From the IMG/VR virus record IMGVR_UViG_3300046528_000074, positions 1 to 64,000 of that record: a DNA stretch of 64,000 bases; one strand, given 5' to 3'. The stretch comes from a virus (lineage: Duplodnaviria > Caudoviricetes). The position numbers and the translations under genes were made by a program. Position 1 is the first letter of the stretch. Each line of letters opens with the position of its first letter. Of the stretch, positions 63,028 through 64,000 are shown piece by piece. Below the pieces are notes generated by a model, which made no database searches, had not been told where the DNA came from, and was given only the letters and a program-made list of their open reading frames with translations.

Positions 63028-64000
63028 TCAGAACAACTCGTGGCCGTTCTGCATGGCCCACGAGCGAATCTGGCTGTTCTGCTTGAGCGTCTGGTCACGC
63101 TTGATGGCATCGATCATGGTGACGATCATGAACTCGGGGGGCAGGCGCTTGATGTAAGCCATCAGCTTGTCCGCGTTACTCGTATTCATGGCCGCAGCCA
63201 GATTGCCGCACAGGGCGAAGATCGAAGACAAGCCATCGGGAACAGGTGCCCAGTCCGGACCTTGCAGGATCGTGTCGATCTTCGGCAGTGTACTGTAGAC
63301 GGTGCAGAACTGCATGAACTCTGCGGCCACACCGGGACTGACCACGCCTGCCAGCGACGGGTAGATGTCCTGGTCATCGAAGCCATGGACCTTGATGTAC
63401 TTGTCTGCGAATTCCCAGGTACGGGGCGACGCGAAGGTCTTGTCGGTGTGATCTGGCTTGAAGGTGTAGAGCTTCTCGCCACGGGTGAAGTTCAGATAGT
63501 CACGGATGCGCTGGTCGATCTGGTTCTCGATGGCCCACGACATCCACGTCTTGAAGTCCAGTTCGATGTCGATGTGCAGTAGACGCGACTGCATGGCCGT
63601 GCCCAGTTCGTTGGCCATGGCACCGTGCTCGATACCGTTACCGGCACAGACGATGGCCACGTTCGGGTGCAGGTTACGCTGGCCCACCTTGCGGTCGAGG
63701 ATCAGCTTGTATGCAGCCTTGCGTACGTCATCGTCGGCATTGGTCAGTTCGTCGAGGAACAGCAGCCAGCCCTCGTAGGGATGCTTCGTGCCTGCGATGA
63801 AGGGTAACGGGTCACCTTCGAGCGGGAAGGTCTCCATGGGCCTGTAGAAGCCCTTGCCGGTCTTGTCGTTGACCGAAGGGTAGCCCTTCAAGTCCGTGGG
63901 ATCACAGTCCGACAGGCGCTCATCGATCAGGAACAGCTTGTTCTCTTGGGCGATCTGGTGCGTGATCGCACTCTTGCCGATGGCAGGCGGTCCCCACAGC
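63028..64000 (-). CDS. AAA+ ATPase, N4 gp24-like; 5' end outside window
   Basis: Frame open to the edge: LWGPPAIGKS (Walker A), LLFLDE (Walker B), CAGN, SRL, FASPRTW. Confidence 0.9.
   Translation of the reverse strand, partial: LWGPPAIGKSAITHQIAQENKLFLIDERLSDCDPTDLKGYPSVNDKTGKGFYRPMETFPLEGDPLPFIAGTKHPYEGWLLFLDELTNADDDVRKAAYKLILDRKVGQRNLHPNVAIVCAGNGIEHGAMANELGTAMQSRLLHIDIELDFKTWMSWAIENQIDQRIRDYLNFTRGEKLYTFKPDHTDKTFASPRTWEFADKYIKVHGFDDQDIYPSLAGVVSPGVAAEFMQFCTVYSTLPKIDTILQGPDWAPVPDGLSSIFALCGNLAAAMNTSNADKLMAYIKRLPPEFMIVTMIDAIKRDQTLKQNSQIRSWAMQNGHELF

Noticed and set aside
1-64000. CRISPR array, rRNA, IS elements, host chromosomal genes, stop-codon recoding
   Set aside because: No regularly spaced repeats, transposase or housekeeping genes seen; genes are intact in the standard code

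Overview
The window is entirely phage DNA and appears to be two different phages joined together. The flanks (1-~2790 and ~62570-64000, visibly lower GC, all minus strand) carry N4-like (Schitoviridae-type) genes: AAA ATPase, HExxH/VWA-like protein and Dda/RecD-like helicase, plus an N4 vRNAP-style GCGGAGC hairpin. Between them lies an apparently complete ~58.5 kb GC-rich podovirus genome bounded by a ~674 bp near-identical direct repeat (3170-3843 = 61700-62373) inside a modular accessory gene. The inner phage encodes terminases, portal, scaffold, an N4-gp56-family capsid, tail proteins, a tailspike, a GH19/Rz/Rz1 lysis cassette, ejection proteins, a 2167-aa polyvalent protein, ERF/YqaJ/NinB recombination genes, an O-like replication initiator, two cytosine MTases and two homing-type nucleases. 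I found no integrase, CI-type repressor or Par system. Main observations: the phage-in-phage structure (real co-integrate or assembly loop); collinear linker blocks that frame swappable gene modules; two adjacent fusions to probable immune-signal sponge domains; a C5 MTase split over two overlapping reading frames; a compact H-type pseudoknot; mirror-image divergent promoters; and an unannotated ClpX zinc-finger mini-protein. All family calls are by-eye motif recognition and no searches were run.
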